Positions 25,501-35,449 of a stretch of 37,422 bases of DNA are shown here, in pieces. The stretch is taken from positions 1-37,422 of IMG/VR virus record IMGVR_UViG_3300006790_000048, one strand, 5' to 3'. The first letter of the stretch is position 1, and every line of letters starts with the position of its first letter. The notes below the pieces were generated by a model. That model saw only the letters and a list, made by a program, of their open reading frames with translations. It had not been told where the DNA came from and ran no database searches. This DNA is from a virus (lineage: Duplodnaviria; Caudoviricetes). The translations under genes and the position numbers were made by a program.

Positions 25501-25739
25501 AAGGTTTCTCCACACTGACAGGTCAAAGGAAGTATTCTCTCACTTCTATGAGATCCTGAATTTCCGCATGATTCACACTTGTAATGTTTTAGGATAATCC
25601 AGTTTGCACATTCCTGACAATATCTGTTGTCATTGTCTGGGTTGTAGTTACCCTCATATTCATACTCACTTAACTTGGCTACGTTACATCTGTCACATAG
25701 ATAATAATCCCCTTGATTCTTTCCTTCCCAATAATCCAT
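25488..25739 (-). CDS. Zn-finger protein
   Basis: CDRC, CQEC, CESC, CQC motifs. Confidence 0.65.
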   Translation of the reverse strand: MDYWEGKNQGDYYLCDRCNVAKLSEYEYEGNYNPDNDNRYCQECANWIILKHYKCESCGNSGSHRSERILPLTCQCGETLCLK

Positions 25740-25741
25740 GA

Positions 25742-26221
25742 TTAATCTGTTCCTATTACTGAAAGGTTTGAACTTGTATCAAAATCTCCTGCTCCTGCGT
25801 TAATAAAATCCACTTGTGTTATTGTATTTTCACTAGGAACGTGCTTAGATACTTGTTCTCGTCTAGATGGAGCTGTACCTGCACCTGCTGTGACAGGATT
25901 AATTTGAAATTGCATCGCTAATTTTTCCTCACCTGAAACATCAATTAGATAAGTAACAATAAAAATATCTGCCGCTGGTGAACCATTATCTGTCAATCCA
26001 GTAGTTGAAGTTTGTGTGCCATCTGCCGCTCCATCATCTGATTGTCTATTAGCGTACTCGTTTGTACTGTCATTATTAAATCTCATTTGACTATTAGTAG
26101 TTCCTGATGAAATAACATGACATAAAATTAACTCAAATTGTTTTTCTGTTAAATCAGAAATAGATAAAGTATCTCCTGCACTTCCCAATGTGTCGGGTGT
26201 TCCGTTCTTAGCCCATGCCAT
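25742..26221 (-). CDS. Tail fibre/adsorption protein, one copy of a ~160-aa domain
   Basis: TLGSAGDTLSIS...MRFNND...EKL...AGAGTAPSR...LSVIGTD. Confidence 0.7.
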   Translation of the reverse strand: MAWAKNGTPDTLGSAGDTLSISDLTEKQFELILCHVISSGTTNSQMRFNNDSTNEYANRQSDDGAADGTQTSTTGLTDNGSPAADIFIVTYLIDVSGEEKLAMQFQINPVTAGAGTAPSRREQVSKHVPSENTITQVDFINAGAGDFDTSSNLSVIGTD

Positions 26222-27270
26222 TAGTCAGAACCCCATACCTTTAGAATTGTGCCTGTATCCCAATTTCCTGTATTAGTTCTAATTTGAATTGATGTGATCT
26301 GTGCTCCTGTTTCATCATGTTTCCCGATAAACTCATCTCGTTCTGGAGCATTTGCTGCTCCTGCGGTATTTTGTGTTACTGAATGACCTAAAACTAATTT
26401 TTCATTTGAAGAATTATTAATTACAAAGAAATTAACAAACTTGTTTGTGGCTCTGGATTCATCCATTCTGATAGCAGAGTCACTTGTTCCTGTTACATCT
26501 GATCCACCATTATTTGACCTTCTCCAAGAATAAGATGTTGTATCATTGTTAAATTTGATGTAACCTACTCTTGAAGCACCTGGTGGTTTTAGATAAGCTT
26601 GACACCATAAGTATTTCTTTGCAGAAATTGTTCCACTATCTATTTCTGTATCTGCACTTCCTAACTCAACACTAGCCAATTCTTCCCAGAAATTGGTAGT
26701 GTGCGTGTCATCTGGATCCCAGCCAAGTACGACACACTCAGAACCAATGGCATAGTCTCCTGAACCAGCACCATTACGGACAGTAACAGAATTAATAGGA
26801 TTACTTGTTTGTGCGTGTTTATTTACTGATTCTTGTCTATAAGGTGCTGTTGCTGCTCCTGAAGCATATTGATTTACACAATGATTAATATGTAATTTTT
26901 CTTTAGATGAAAGATTTGCTAAATATCCCACAGAAAATACATCTGATGCTTGAACAGCAGGGTTTAATGCCATTATTGTTGCTTGTCCTGTTACATCTGA
27001 TCCACCATTGTTATTGTATCTGTAATGGTAATTTGAACCTGTATCTCCATTTAATCTCATCTCTGCATGAATAGAACCCCCTGTATCTTGTAAATCTGTT
27101 AAAACCATATAATATCTCTTATCATCTAAACTTGAAACTGTAATACTATCTCCAGCACTTCCTAATGTGGTTCTTGCTAATTCTACCCATCCGCCTACTG
27201 CTCCACCTGTTTGTGCAGTTTGTAATGAGTTTCCTAGCCCTAAAAAGGGTTGCATAAATGGTAAAGACAA
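26221..27270 (-). CDS. Tail fibre/adsorption protein, two tandem copies of the same domain
   Basis: WVELARTTLGSAGD / WEELASVELGSADT; NNGGSDVTG twice; EKL...GAA.AP.R twice. Confidence 0.75.
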   Translation of the reverse strand: MSLPFMQPFLGLGNSLQTAQTGGAVGGWVELARTTLGSAGDSITVSSLDDKRYYMVLTDLQDTGGSIHAEMRLNGDTGSNYHYRYNNNGGSDVTGQATIMALNPAVQASDVFSVGYLANLSSKEKLHINHCVNQYASGAATAPYRQESVNKHAQTSNPINSVTVRNGAGSGDYAIGSECVVLGWDPDDTHTTNFWEELASVELGSADTEIDSGTISAKKYLWCQAYLKPPGASRVGYIKFNNDTTSYSWRRSNNGGSDVTGTSDSAIRMDESRATNKFVNFFVINNSSNEKLVLGHSVTQNTAGAANAPERDEFIGKHDETGAQITSIQIRTNTGNWDTGTILKVWGSD

Positions 27271-28032
27271 CTAACTGCTGTTAGATGCATCTGTGGAATA
27301 TTCTAATAATACTCCTATAACTTCTGCATCTACCCCCAAATCGTCACTTGCTACGTCTCTTGATAATTGGAAAACAACTAACTCTCCTGCTGCTGGGGAA
27401 CCTGCTATTGTAATTGCAGAAGAAGCAGTAGAAACGTGTAAATCATTATCGGCTATCCATGTATCAGTACAATTTTGTGCTGTTCCAAATGCTGTATCTA
27501 ATGGATTATCATCGGCAAATGCTACACCTGCCAAGTCAAAGTCTACGGTTTGTGATGCTGATCCACCTGTTGTAGTCCAATATAGTTTAAATGTAACGGT
27601 TCCTGCATCCCAATTTGCAGGTGTTGCCCAATTAAATTGAACCTTTTGTGCTGTTGTAGTATCAAAGTTAAATGTTGATAACATAACATCATTGGTTGCT
27701 AATTCTCTAGTAGTATAATCTGCTCCATTTGTTGTTACTGTATACATTGCTCCTGCTGGAATATATAATTCGTGAGTTCCTACACATCCTAGATTTACAT
27801 TATTATCTGATTTTACAGAACATATAACATCTGTTGATGTGGATAAGGCATCTGCGTTAAGTCTAATACGTTTGGTAGAATCTGCTGGATCTACAATAAA
27901 GATATCATCATCATAAATTGTGGCTACTTCAGAGCCTCCACCGTTTAAGAAATTACTATATTTGTTGGTAAGTTCCCCACCTACTACTGTTGCTGTAGAT
28001 GCTACTGCTCCTGTAATAGTTTCAAAAGTCAT
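27271..28032 (-). CDS. Tail fibre-like protein
   Basis: Thr/Ala/Asp-rich beta protein in the tail module; TACTTC 29 nt upstream (28061-28066). Confidence 0.7.
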   Translation of the reverse strand: MTFETITGAVASTATVVGGELTNKYSNFLNGGGSEVATIYDDDIFIVDPADSTKRIRLNADALSTSTDVICSVKSDNNVNLGCVGTHELYIPAGAMYTVTTNGADYTTRELATNDVMLSTFNFDTTTAQKVQFNWATPANWDAGTVTFKLYWTTTGGSASQTVDFDLAGVAFADDNPLDTAFGTAQNCTDTWIADNDLHVSTASSAITIAGSPAAGELVVFQLSRDVASDDLGVDAEVIGVLLEYSTDASNSS

Positions 28033-28067
28033 ATTAATCCTAGATATTTTATGACAAAGAGAAGTAT

Positions 28068-29120
28068 TTAGAAGACATCTGCTAGCGTACTTGAAGAATC
28101 ATCCCCACAGAAATGTATGGCGTTTAGTTGGTTCGTAACGGACACCCTGTCATCATCGTGGAATGTGTCTATTTCTGCCTGTGTAAATAAATGGTTTTGA
28201 AGTTCAAATAATGCTACATATCCATGTAATTTGGAATCTATTGTTCCCCCATTATCTCTACCTCCAAAATAGGCATCTCTAGCGTTAGTCAAATTACCTG
28301 TAATAGATGCTGTTGATGTGGTTCCCTCTGATACTTTGTCTACAAATATCTCTATGGTCTGGTTTGTGGTTAAATCGAAATCTGTGGCATCGAAGTCAGT
28401 AGCATCGAAATCTGCTGATAGATTGGCTATATTTACTGTGATAGTATGAACTGAACCATCGAATAAATCTGCTGTGGTTGTCTGGGTAAAGTCTACTTCA
28501 TTTGTTCCATCTGCTATATGTACCCTTACTGCTGATGCTTGTGTGGTTGTATTGAAATCTCCAGAGTCAAAGTTCGGGCCACTTTGTTCAAAGTCTGCTA
28601 CACTGTTTCTAAGTATCTCTATATATATTCCTGCATTGGTTGATGTTGATTCGTCTTTCTTACAGTATAATCCTAATGTTCCTTGTGTTCCATCTGTTTT
28701 AAATGCTACCATAAATCCTATTGGAGAGTTTGATTCTATTGAAGCATCATCTGGTATGGTAATATATTGAGTACCATTGAATAGTCCTCCACATCCTCCT
28801 TTGATTATAGAGTCTTCTCCGAATGTGATAGTTCCTGTTGTGGTATTAGATACTGCGTATGCTGATGGTGTTGAAGTGTCAGGTACTACAGTATATGTGT
28901 TTGATAATCTGTCTCTGGTTCCTGTGGCCACAGTAGTAATATCTAATCCTGTTGATGATGTTAATGTTCTTTTCCTTACAGGACTTGCCAATATGATACG
29001 TTCACTTAATGTATCTGCTTCAGGATCAGGAAATGCTAATGGTGTAATTAATGCTTGAAGTTTGTTTATACTCTCACTGTTACTTTGTCCTCTCCTAACA
29101 AAACTGGATATATCACTCAT
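28068..29120 (-). CDS. Tail protein with ConA/LamG-like domain
   Basis: FNGTQYITIPD...FKT...DGSVHTITV...IFVDKV...FGGR...FTQAEI. Confidence 0.7.
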   Translation of the reverse strand: MSDISSFVRRGQSNSESINKLQALITPLAFPDPEADTLSERIILASPVRKRTLTSSTGLDITTVATGTRDRLSNTYTVVPDTSTPSAYAVSNTTTGTITFGEDSIIKGGCGGLFNGTQYITIPDDASIESNSPIGFMVAFKTDGTQGTLGLYCKKDESTSTNAGIYIEILRNSVADFEQSGPNFDSGDFNTTTQASAVRVHIADGTNEVDFTQTTTADLFDGSVHTITVNIANLSADFDATDFDATDFDLTTNQTIEIFVDKVSEGTTSTASITGNLTNARDAYFGGRDNGGTIDSKLHGYVALFELQNHLFTQAEIDTFHDDDRVSVTNQLNAIHFCGDDSSSTLADVF

Positions 29121-30826
29121 CTTCTATAACCATCCAATGTTAATGCAATTCTTTGAACACCTTGTTCTGCTGATGTTGCCTGTAAGTCTATACCTGTAAT
29201 GTTTGCCCTTACGTCTAATCCTGTCTTTACATCTACCAAGTTACAGTGAGTTGCTAATGGTATTCTTGCTGTTACAGGAGATATCATAACTTGTCCATAG
29301 GTTCTTCTTTGTTTACCTAATACCTCTGCTGCTGCAATTAGTGTTTCCCTCACAGTTTGTTCTTCCAAGTCTGCTCTTATAGGAAATACTCTTTCTCTAA
29401 GTTCAGGTAATAATTCTGATGCTGATGTATTTTCTACAGTTGTGGTTAATCTTCTTGACTCATATACTCTGTATGATGATTTTCCTGTTCTGCTTGTCCA
29501 CGATGTTCCGTTTGTAGAATCCCAATATGTTCCGCTTCCTGCTGTATAGTTTACTGATATGGTATTGCTTGCATCTCCGACTTTAGGGAAAACTATGTAT
29601 AGTTGCTCTCCTGGTGTTACTTGAAGTCTTGGTTTAACTGGAATCTCAAACCAATTAGCAGGTGTTGTAGTTCCTAGTTTGTTTAATGTTGTTACGTTAA
29701 GTGCCTTCTTCCATCTTACATCTGCTGAATCTGGGCCACTTCCTCCAGTATCTCCCCATATTTGTACGCTTCCTGCTACTGCTGGTGTACCTGTCTTGAT
29801 AGATCTTATTGCAATTTTAACTATGTTATCTGATGTAGGAGTAAATGGAATTGCGTGCCATTCTGAATCCAAGTTATCTGCTGCATCTGGTGTTGTAGTC
29901 TCACTTACTGAAACACCTGGTTTAAAGTGTCCGAAACCATGAACGAAATTGTATAGCATATCTGCTGATGAATCCTTCCATTCTAACGGTGCATTTAATA
30001 CATATCCTATCTTTGTTGAATCCCATGTTGTAGCTTTTGTTGATGTCAAATCATTCGTAAACAAGAATCCTGAATCTATTGTTGATGGATCTTGAACTAT
30101 TAATGTTCTATCTGAGTTAATTTGCCATGTAGTATTTGCTATTCCACATAAGTTGGATATGATTTGTGCAAATGATGCCACATTAAAGTTTACGTTTGCT
30201 ATCTTTCCGCTAGTTACAGATTCATCTATACCTTCTCCTGTGGTAGATGTCTGTGCTGTTATATTTCCTAATGTTGTCATATTGTCATCTATGTAATGGT
30301 CTTTATCATTGAATAAGTCTAACAGTAACTCTGATATCTTTGTTGAATCATCTGTGTCATCTAATGTGATTCCGTCTGATGTTTTGGCTTGGTTTCTAAC
30401 TAGTCTACTCATTCTTTCCCTTAATATGATTCCCCATCCTACACAGTTTATTGATATTGTTTGTATTCCTGTTGTTGGTCTTGATACTGCAAAGTCTTTT
30501 ATTTTTCCATAGAACCATCTTTCTTCTAATGCCAATGTTTTGCCTAAGAATAATTGAACACCCCATTCTCTACCTATTACACCTGGTCTGTCAGAATCAG
30601 TTAAATCAGTAAATGCATTATCATGATCGTGAATAACTAATTGTAAGAATCCAAAGTCATCATCTATTCCAAGATGTAAGTTCAATGCTTCTAGTTTAAA
30701 GTCCTGTGTTGGATTTGATACTAGTTGTGCTGATTCGAATTGATATGCAGCACCTCCGCTAAGGTTAGTTATCACTAGTCTAGGATGTAATGGATTCGGA
30801 TCATAGTTTGGTGTTAGAGAACTCAT
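29117..30826 (-). CDS. Tail tip/baseplate hub protein
   Basis: Directly after the tape measure gene; FYGKI...INCVGW...WQIN...ANITGI hub-like pattern with an inserted beta domain. Confidence 0.7.
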   Translation of the reverse strand: MSSLTPNYDPNPLHPRLVITNLSGGAAYQFESAQLVSNPTQDFKLEALNLHLGIDDDFGFLQLVIHDHDNAFTDLTDSDRPGVIGREWGVQLFLGKTLALEERWFYGKIKDFAVSRPTTGIQTISINCVGWGIILRERMSRLVRNQAKTSDGITLDDTDDSTKISELLLDLFNDKDHYIDDNMTTLGNITAQTSTTGEGIDESVTSGKIANVNFNVASFAQIISNLCGIANTTWQINSDRTLIVQDPSTIDSGFLFTNDLTSTKATTWDSTKIGYVLNAPLEWKDSSADMLYNFVHGFGHFKPGVSVSETTTPDAADNLDSEWHAIPFTPTSDNIVKIAIRSIKTGTPAVAGSVQIWGDTGGSGPDSADVRWKKALNVTTLNKLGTTTPANWFEIPVKPRLQVTPGEQLYIVFPKVGDASNTISVNYTAGSGTYWDSTNGTSWTSRTGKSSYRVYESRRLTTTVENTSASELLPELRERVFPIRADLEEQTVRETLIAAAEVLGKQRRTYGQVMISPVTARIPLATHCNLVDVKTGLDVRANITGIDLQATSAEQGVQRIALTLDGYRR

Positions 30827-33324
30827 AATACACTAGTTCCTGTTGACATATGGTTCAACCTATCTTTCCATAATATTCTATCGTCAATTTCTTCCCTTCC
30901 TCTTCCTGCTGTATCAATAATTTGAAATGCTTCTGTTCTATTTAAACCTATTGATCTCATTCTTTCATCTTCTGCTGCCACTCTATCTTGAAGACTTGGT
31001 AGTGACATATCAGTTCCTACAAATCCTCTTAATTGATAATCTTGTTCTAATAAGTTGATTTGTTGTGCTTTTGCATATTGATTATTGTTATATGATATAG
31101 TCTCTGCTAAATCTCTTTGAAGTTTAAGAACTCTCCATCTATCAGGTCTCCTTCCTATTCTTGTATTGATAGTTCTATATCCTAATCCTGCTAATGTTAA
31201 GGCTTCTCTGATGACGAAAGCTCTATTCTTAACTCTGGTTTGTTCAGATCTTAATGATGATCTACCTCTAATTCTTGATGAATCTATTCCTCCACCGAAG
31301 AAAGTCATCATTCTGTTTGCTTCATCTACAGCATTATAGAATATCCTCTTGCTTGCATCACTATATGCCTTTCTTGATCCATATCCACCTATTACTGCAT
31401 CTTCATCCCATATTGAAAATCCAGGTCTTAATTTTCCTCCAAATCTTAATAAGTTTGTATTACGATCTCTGATGTCTAATTGTCTACGTCTTTCTGGTCT
31501 TATTCCAAATTCAGGTATTTGCCATGCTTGTGTAGCGTTTCCACCTACTGCTGCTATTGCTAATGATGCTTTACCTCCTTTGGTATTACTGAATCCTGCC
31601 ATAGTTGTTTGTAAGTTAGCTAATCTGATACCTTCATTTACACTTACTAGATTTCCTATTAATCCTATATCTCTACCTGTTTTGTTTAATACCTGTCCTC
31701 TTGTAGACTTTGGATCAATTCCTCTTCTTGATGCTATATCGATACCGAATCTTAATTCTTGTGCTGCTGCTCCTACTGTTCTTGTTGTTGGAGCAAAACT
31801 CTTGAAACTTGATGCTGCTAATGCATCACTTGATATTCCTTTCATGCGTTGTTCCCATTGTTCTGCTGGAGATAATTGTGGTTTGTCTACATAGTTCTTT
31901 GCTGCGTTTAATAGTTTTCTTGCTTCATTCAAGTAATCTTGTGATTTTCCTATTCTTCCTGCTGCTTGTTCTCTTGCTGCCAATACGATAGCAGTATCTC
32001 TTTGTTCAATAGGGTTTAACATTTTGTATAATTCTTTTTGTAATGGAGTTCCGAATGGATCTGCTCTTTCATCATCTACTGGAGGTGCTGGAGTTGCTGC
32101 TGCTTGTGCTGGACTTGCTGAATCTCCGTATGCTGCTGGTAATAATCCTCCACCAATATCTGCTTGTGCTGTAGCTGTTGCTGTGGCTGTAGATGCTGCT
32201 ACTCCTGCTGTTGTTGGTGTAAACCCTCCTCCTACGGAGGGTAAATTAAAATCCTGCGGCCGCTTTCCTAATAGTTGTGCTTGGTATTTGGCTGCCATTC
32301 TGGCATCGCCCATGTGGATAAATGCATCTCTGTGCATTTCAAGATATTGTTTAACTTGAGGTGTTAGTTTAGCGTATGAATCTTTCAAATCATTGTTAGC
32401 TGTTGTTAATGCGTTTGCTGCATTTCTTTCCTGTTCCATTAATTTAAGATGGTCTTCTTCTACTCCAAGATATTCATCTAATGCTGTTTTAGTTCCAAGT
32501 ATGTCAGTTTCGTGAACAGCCCATGCTACTGTCATTGCTGCCATTGCTGCCATTAATAATGGATTAGATGCTACTACTGCTTTTGTTGCTGCGGCTAATC
32601 CCCACATTGCTGCTGTTAATTTTGCTGTTACTCCTATTGCTACACCTTTTGATGCTGAGTTAACTCCCTCTGCTGCGGCTTGTGAATATGCTTTTCTTGC
32701 TGCATCTAGGGATAAGAAATTACTTATTCTCTGTCCTGCATTTTTTGCTTTGGTTAATATTATTTGGTTTTTATCTAATACTGCGATTGTCTGCATTGAT
32801 GATACTGTAACGTTGGCTACGTTTGTTGCGAACAGCATATAGATATCGTTTACTGCTTCTTGCTCGATTACCATCTTTTCCTGTTTTACTGTAAGGTCTG
32901 CTTGTGCTGTTGCTATCTCTTTTGTGATATTGATGTATTTCTGTGATCCTGCTTGTCCTGCTTCTCTTAATGCGTTTTGTCTTTCTATCTTGTTTGCTAA
33001 CAAATCCTCTGCTCTTGCTACTGCGATAACGGACATCTTTGCCCTGTTGTTTGCCCTGGCTAAGTTACTGATGGAAGTATAAGTCTGAACTGCTGCTGTT
33101 GATAAGTTAAGCATACCTTGTGTTGCTGTCTGGAAGTTAATGGCTGATGCTGCTAATTGGTCTTTAGTCCTCTTTGATGCATCTGTTACTTTATCAATAC
33201 CTTTTGCAGCCTTTTGACCTCCTCTCTCTAATTTCTCTAATAATGCTACGGCCTTTTGACCTTCTACTGTCATTTGGGATAAATCTATTCTAAACCTATA
33301 AGTAACACTATCATTACTAACCAT
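30823..33324 (-). CDS. Tape measure protein
   Basis: 833 aa, Ala-rich helical N-half, NPLL-hydrophobic segment, position in the tail module; TACTTC 30 nt upstream (33354-33359). Confidence 0.82.
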   Translation of the reverse strand: MVSNDSVTYRFRIDLSQMTVEGQKAVALLEKLERGGQKAAKGIDKVTDASKRTKDQLAASAINFQTATQGMLNLSTAAVQTYTSISNLARANNRAKMSVIAVARAEDLLANKIERQNALREAGQAGSQKYINITKEIATAQADLTVKQEKMVIEQEAVNDIYMLFATNVANVTVSSMQTIAVLDKNQIILTKAKNAGQRISNFLSLDAARKAYSQAAAEGVNSASKGVAIGVTAKLTAAMWGLAAATKAVVASNPLLMAAMAAMTVAWAVHETDILGTKTALDEYLGVEEDHLKLMEQERNAANALTTANNDLKDSYAKLTPQVKQYLEMHRDAFIHMGDARMAAKYQAQLLGKRPQDFNLPSVGGGFTPTTAGVAASTATATATAQADIGGGLLPAAYGDSASPAQAAATPAPPVDDERADPFGTPLQKELYKMLNPIEQRDTAIVLAAREQAAGRIGKSQDYLNEARKLLNAAKNYVDKPQLSPAEQWEQRMKGISSDALAASSFKSFAPTTRTVGAAAQELRFGIDIASRRGIDPKSTRGQVLNKTGRDIGLIGNLVSVNEGIRLANLQTTMAGFSNTKGGKASLAIAAVGGNATQAWQIPEFGIRPERRRQLDIRDRNTNLLRFGGKLRPGFSIWDEDAVIGGYGSRKAYSDASKRIFYNAVDEANRMMTFFGGGIDSSRIRGRSSLRSEQTRVKNRAFVIREALTLAGLGYRTINTRIGRRPDRWRVLKLQRDLAETISYNNNQYAKAQQINLLEQDYQLRGFVGTDMSLPSLQDRVAAEDERMRSIGLNRTEAFQIIDTAGRGREEIDDRILWKDRLNHMSTGTSVL

Positions 33325-33359
33325 GTTAAATATACCTTATAAATACGGTAGAAGAAGTA

Positions 33360-33905
33360 TTATCCAACTTTTACCTTATGGTTTCCTTGTACTTGTGAGC
33401 CTCTTCTACGCCTAAGAGATATCCTACGTTTTAATTGTCTTCTACCTGTACCTGCTCTTATTAATGTTGCTCTACCTGCAAATGATACACCGCCTGTGAA
33501 TCCTGCTGAAGTTCTTCCTACTTGTTGATATCTTCTACCTTTTCCTAATTTCTTAAAAGCCCTCATATTTTCATGTAGTGCTTCTTTCAATCTATCCATT
33601 ACCATATTTCTAACAATATCATTGACTTTTTTAATGAATGGGTTAGGCAAGTGTCTTATAGTACCAAAGGTATGAAATGATATCAAGTCCTGTTGGTCAT
33701 TGATAATATCCACACCATTCTCACTTTGTTGTACTACCCATCCATCTCTTAATGCTCCTGTGTCTACAGGTGTATTCATTCTAAGTAACCTTAATGATTC
33801 TTCTCCTATCATCTGTAAGAATCTATATTTTACGTTTCCTCCTTTGAATTTGAACTCTTTGAATTGTTGTTTGATTTCATCTAGTCCTTCTACTTCTAAT
33901 GGCAT
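33360..33905 (-). CDS. HK97 gp10-like tail completion protein with Arg-rich extension
   Basis: EVEGLDE...TPVDTGALRDGW...FGT...PNPFI. Confidence 0.8.
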   Translation of the reverse strand: MPLEVEGLDEIKQQFKEFKFKGGNVKYRFLQMIGEESLRLLRMNTPVDTGALRDGWVVQQSENGVDIINDQQDLISFHTFGTIRHLPNPFIKKVNDIVRNMVMDRLKEALHENMRAFKKLGKGRRYQQVGRTSAGFTGGVSFAGRATLIRAGTGRRQLKRRISLRRRRGSQVQGNHKVKVG

Positions 33906-34452
33906 TATCTTCTCCTACTATCTAATTCTTCCTCTTGTTGCAATATAGATAGTATATTCTGGATTTCCATTAGTTTCTCCATTCCTAATTTCTCTTTTAA
34001 TGCGAAAACTTCTGTCCACGATCCAAACCCATTTCTAACCAGGGTTATCATTGGTATTAGTTCTTTGAGTTCTGGGTAGTCTTCGTAAGCTTGCCTTCTT
34101 TCTTTCTCGTCTCTACTTCGTACAAAGCGGACTGCTTGGCTCTTTCTATCGTTCCATAAATTGCTAAAAAAGTGTATACCTCCGCCATTAGTTCTCTGAA
34201 CTCAGGTTCGGTTACACCTGACTCTAATATGTCATCTACTGATACTCCTAATCCTACTTCACAAGTTTTCTCCCACCATTCTTCATCTGTCTGTAGTGCT
34301 TCTGCTTGTGTTAAATCTCCTGCTTGTTCTCTTGCTGCTGCTTCTTTGATTTTCTCTCTAAACCATTTCATATCTTTCATAGATACGTTCTCTGTAACAG
34401 GAATCTCTAAATCTCTAATAATCCATTTCTTCTTAGATGTATCTAAAAACAT
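33905..34452 (-). CDS. Tail assembly chaperone, predicted -1 frameshifted long form (~182 aa)
   Basis: Slippery T-TTT-TTA at 34165-34171; the -1 frame is open to the TAA at 33905-33907, which is TAATG-coupled to the next gene. Confidence 0.7.
34057..34452 (-). CDS. Tail assembly chaperone, short form
   Basis: 131-aa acidic protein just downstream of the tail tube gene. Confidence 0.75.
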   Translation of the reverse strand: MFLDTSKKKWIIRDLEIPVTENVSMKDMKWFREKIKEAAAREQAGDLTQAEALQTDEEWWEKTCEVGLGVSVDDILESGVTEPEFRELMAEVYTFLAIYGTIERAKQSALYEVETRKKEGKLTKTTQNSKN

Positions 34453-34482
34453 AATACCGATAAAGTATTATAGTATATAAAT

Positions 34483-35415
34483 CTATAGGTCAGTACAGGA
34501 TTCTGCTCTAACAGTGATAGATTCAATTAATGCATCTGCTGAGCCTGCTGCGTGAGTGTATGCATAGTCTGTGATAACACAGTTTGCGTATGTTAATGTT
34601 ACAGGTCCTGTTGAATTGAATTTGTAACTTGATGATCTTGCGTTTTTGGCTTCATAATCTGTGTATAATGTAGTTTCATTTGAATTTGTTCCACTGAATA
34701 CATCTGTTGTGTATGTAATGTTTCTGTCAGTTGCTTTGGTATAAGTGATATCAGTTTCTCCGTTTACTGCCATAACTGCCATGTTTCTGTTTACTGTTGT
34801 TGAGAATGAACGTTCTCCATAAGTTACACTGTTCCAAGTGAAAGGATCTGCTCCACCGTCACTATGTACTATTGGTGCTGATGAGGTTTCTGATGTTTGA
34901 TAAACTGGAGTTCCTCCGTTACCATCTGTTGTGTTTGGTACTGTAATATCTTTAGCAATAAATGTCATGTTTTGTTCCCACATTCCTCTTGATACAGATA
35001 ATGTTCCTGATGTTGGTCTGCATCCTCTCATGTGTTGGAAATATTCTGTTCCGTCTAAGTTAAATGAATAAGTGAAAGATAATGAACTGTCTGGGCTGTC
35101 TGCTCCGCCTCCGCTTGCGTTCCATAGATATTTCCATAATGATAAATCTATTGGATTATTTTTAATTGTAAATGCATATAATGATTGTGTCTTAACTGCT
35201 TCAATGACATCTTCTGATCCTAATACTGATACATCCATGTGTTGAACATCTGGTTGAATGTTAATCTCGGTGTTGTTTCCAACTAGTGTAAAGGATGATG
35301 AACTTGGTGTTGCTCCGTATAAAGATGGTGTTGCTACACTGTCTCCTTCTGTAACATATTGTAATTCCTTAACAATATCTCTTTTGGTTGTTACATTGTG
35401 AGCTGAAATTGCCAT
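34483..35415 (-). CDS. Major tail (tube) protein
   Basis: 310 aa, Thr/Ser-rich; LQYVTEG...YGATP N-terminus; TACTTC 29 nt upstream (35444-35449). Confidence 0.8.
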   Translation of the reverse strand: MAISAHNVTTKRDIVKELQYVTEGDSVATPSLYGATPSSSSFTLVGNNTEINIQPDVQHMDVSVLGSEDVIEAVKTQSLYAFTIKNNPIDLSLWKYLWNASGGGADSPDSSLSFTYSFNLDGTEYFQHMRGCRPTSGTLSVSRGMWEQNMTFIAKDITVPNTTDGNGGTPVYQTSETSSAPIVHSDGGADPFTWNSVTYGERSFSTTVNRNMAVMAVNGETDITYTKATDRNITYTTDVFSGTNSNETTLYTDYEAKNARSSSYKFNSTGPVTLTYANCVITDYAYTHAAGSADALIESITVRAESCTDL

Positions 35416-35449
35416 ATCACTAATCTACTAAATTTGTTATAGAGAAGTA

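Noticed and set aside
3896-33079. Other TACTTC occurrences (3896, 4895, 12338, 33074)
   Set aside because: No ATG at 29-32 nt, so treated as chance hexamers. They show that the motif needs a formal positional test.
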